Shown here piece after piece: positions 62,617-64,000 of a stretch of 64,000 nt of DNA. The notes below the pieces were generated by a model. It did not search any database. It saw only the letters and a list, made by a program, of their open reading frames with translations, and was not told the origin of the DNA. Both the position numbers and the translations under genes were made by a program. This stretch comes from an uncultured delta proteobacterium (GTDB lineage: Bacteria > Desulfobacterota > Binatia > UBA9968). Positions within the stretch are counted from its first letter, which is position 1. Every line of letters starts with the position of its first letter. The stretch is from positions 1,216,001-1,280,000 of the forward strand of contig CAVUZH010000003.1 of NCBI GenBank assembly GCA_963745835.1, in the 5' to 3' direction.

Positions 62617-63471
62617 ATGAAAAACGATAAACCCCACAAGATTCTTCTCGGCCGCTATCGCCTTCAGGCGCTTGTCAAATTCCTAAGCATCGATTTTGAG
62701 ACACTAGATAATAAGAAGACGACGGGTGTTCTCTTAAAAGAACTGCTGCGCGCGGCTCGCTATAAGGTGGATTGGAAATCATTCCCAAACGGGAATGATG
62801 AACGGCACAACTGGCGCCGCGATGCAGCAAGGGTACAGCGTGAATTGAAGAAAGACTTGCGGCTCATTGCTGACGGTAGCCCCGATCGGGAGAACAGCGC
62901 CGGAATTTACCGAATTGTAAAAAAGTTAGAGGCCGCTAACCGGAGCGCTGATTATTCGATGGTTCATCGTTCATCTCGTGGCAGTAAGCGGCCAAAGCCG
63001 GTAACGACGCTTAAAGACCGGCCAGGACAACAATTACCGGTGATGAATCCATTCTCGAAAGACGCTGGAGAGATTCTGTGCGGCGGTATCGTGTATAGCC
63101 TTGATTGGGGTCCAAGGGATTCGCTTCGCGAACAGATTTACTTTCAGCTTGCCCTCGCAATCAAGGACCGGTGTCTAGAAGATCTAAAGATCTGTCAATC
63201 GTGTAAAAACTTATTCGTGCTTATGAAAGCGAATCAGCGGTTTTGCTGCGGAACATGTAGAATTGCCGATAACAATTCGCGGCGTCTCAAAAAACAAGAG
63301 ACAACTAAGAAATCGGTATTCCAGGAGAAACGAGAAGAGAACCGAAAACGCGCAATCGATAAGGCGCGCAGGCTCCTTAGACAAGGCAAGCCGATTTCAA
63401 AGATACTGGGAGAGACGGGCCTGACTCAAAGAATACTTAAAAAATACCTGCCGGAAATCGCGGACGCTTGA
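62617..63471 (+). CDS. CGNR-type zinc-finger protein
   Basis: LKICQSCKNLFV..QRFCCGTCR; divergent from the HTH gene; start uncertain (ORF from 62584). Confidence 0.7.
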   Translation: MKNDKPHKILLGRYRLQALVKFLSIDFETLDNKKTTGVLLKELLRAARYKVDWKSFPNGNDERHNWRRDAARVQRELKKDLRLIADGSPDRENSAGIYRIVKKLEAANRSADYSMVHRSSRGSKRPKPVTTLKDRPGQQLPVMNPFSKDAGEILCGGIVYSLDWGPRDSLREQIYFQLALAIKDRCLEDLKICQSCKNLFVLMKANQRFCCGTCRIADNNSRRLKKQETTKKSVFQEKREENRKRAIDKARRLLRQGKPISKILGETGLTQRILKKYLPEIADA

Positions 63472-63571
63472 AATTACGCTGTGCCCCCCCTACTGCGACC
63501 GCAAGTGCTCGGGCAATGAAGCATCGGAAACGCACAGACGCAGAACTCAGATGAGATCAAGGGTTAAATGA

Positions 63572-64000
63572 TCAGTGAACGCTTGGATCGAGTTGGTCGA
63601 TGCGCGATTTCCGTACTAAACTCTTCAGCAAGGCCTCATCCCTACAAATGACAAAACGGTGACTTTTAGCTGCTACCGCGAGGTTTATGCCGCGGACAGT
63701 CTCCTGCGAAGCGTCTTTCCAGCCAACCCGTTCACCTTCGTCGAACATAATCAAGGCGATCTGCTGGGTGAGTGTAACGAGTTTGCGAGTCCCTGGAGTG
63801 AACACATCAATGCCCTCGAGCGGAGTATCGTGATGCGCCGGGCGTATTAAAACAACGGGGCTATCGGATGTTACAAACGAAGTCTTCTTAGGTGCTCGGA
63901 TAAATGCCCAATCGATTTGATGAAAATACGCAGCAAAATCTAAGACTATGCCCATCATCATCGAAAGGCTGAAGTTCCTATGCACTTTTACGTCGTAATT
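63572..64000 (-). CDS. DUF4238-like protein, 5' end outside window
   Basis: W.F..APKKTSFVTSDSPV..VRGIN pattern. Confidence 0.6.
   Translation of the reverse strand, partial: NYDVKVHRNFSLSMMMGIVLDFAAYFHQIDWAFIRAPKKTSFVTSDSPVVLIRPAHHDTPLEGIDVFTPGTRKLVTLTQQIALIMFDEGERVGWKDASQETVRGINLAVAAKSHRFVICRDEALLKSLVRKSRIDQLDPSVH

Larger units (their letters stand above)
49134..64000. mobile_element. Island A: integrative element / PICI-like phage satellite, continues beyond the window
   Basis: att copy 3, TGGACACATT x2 repeats (49240-49260), integrase, Xis-like HTHs, AAA_25 helicase, small terminase. Confidence 0.8.

Noticed and set aside
49134-64000. Complete prophage
   Set aside because: No large terminase, portal, capsid, tail or lysis genes in the visible part

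Overview
Bacterial chromosomal window. The gene style (many amidohydrolases, Fe3+/NitT-type solute-binding proteins, class II aldolase, short lineage-typical ORFs) suggests a soil deltaproteobacterium such as Candidatus Binatia; this is inference only. The left half (1-~30.4 kb) is mostly core or accessory metabolism: a MoxR/RavA-VWA/ViaA-cysteine dioxygenase operon, a small-protein cluster with three sigma-54 promoters, IS3 and IS481 debris, dnaJ plus a MerR-type gene, a deoxyhypusine-synthase-like gene with an N-terminal duplication, tRNA-Ser(GCT) and an ABC transporter. The right half (~32.7-64 kb) is a tandem stack of integrated elements, bounded by three displaced 3' halves of tRNA-Arg(ACG) at 32662, 38175 and 49089, with arm-type repeats and an IHF site. 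Island C carries a catabolic operon with two gene-converted amidohydrolases. Island B carries two cytoplasmic subtilases plus a stand-alone propeptide-like small protein, my best candidate for an undescribed system. Island A carries an intact tyrosine integrase, an orphan Ku and a PICI-like satellite module (Xis/HTH, AAA_25 helicase, putative cos, P27-type small terminase, no capsid in view). Many conserved genes have single-base indels, several in homopolymers, so some pseudogene calls may be long-read consensus errors. Family names come from motif recognition, not database searches.
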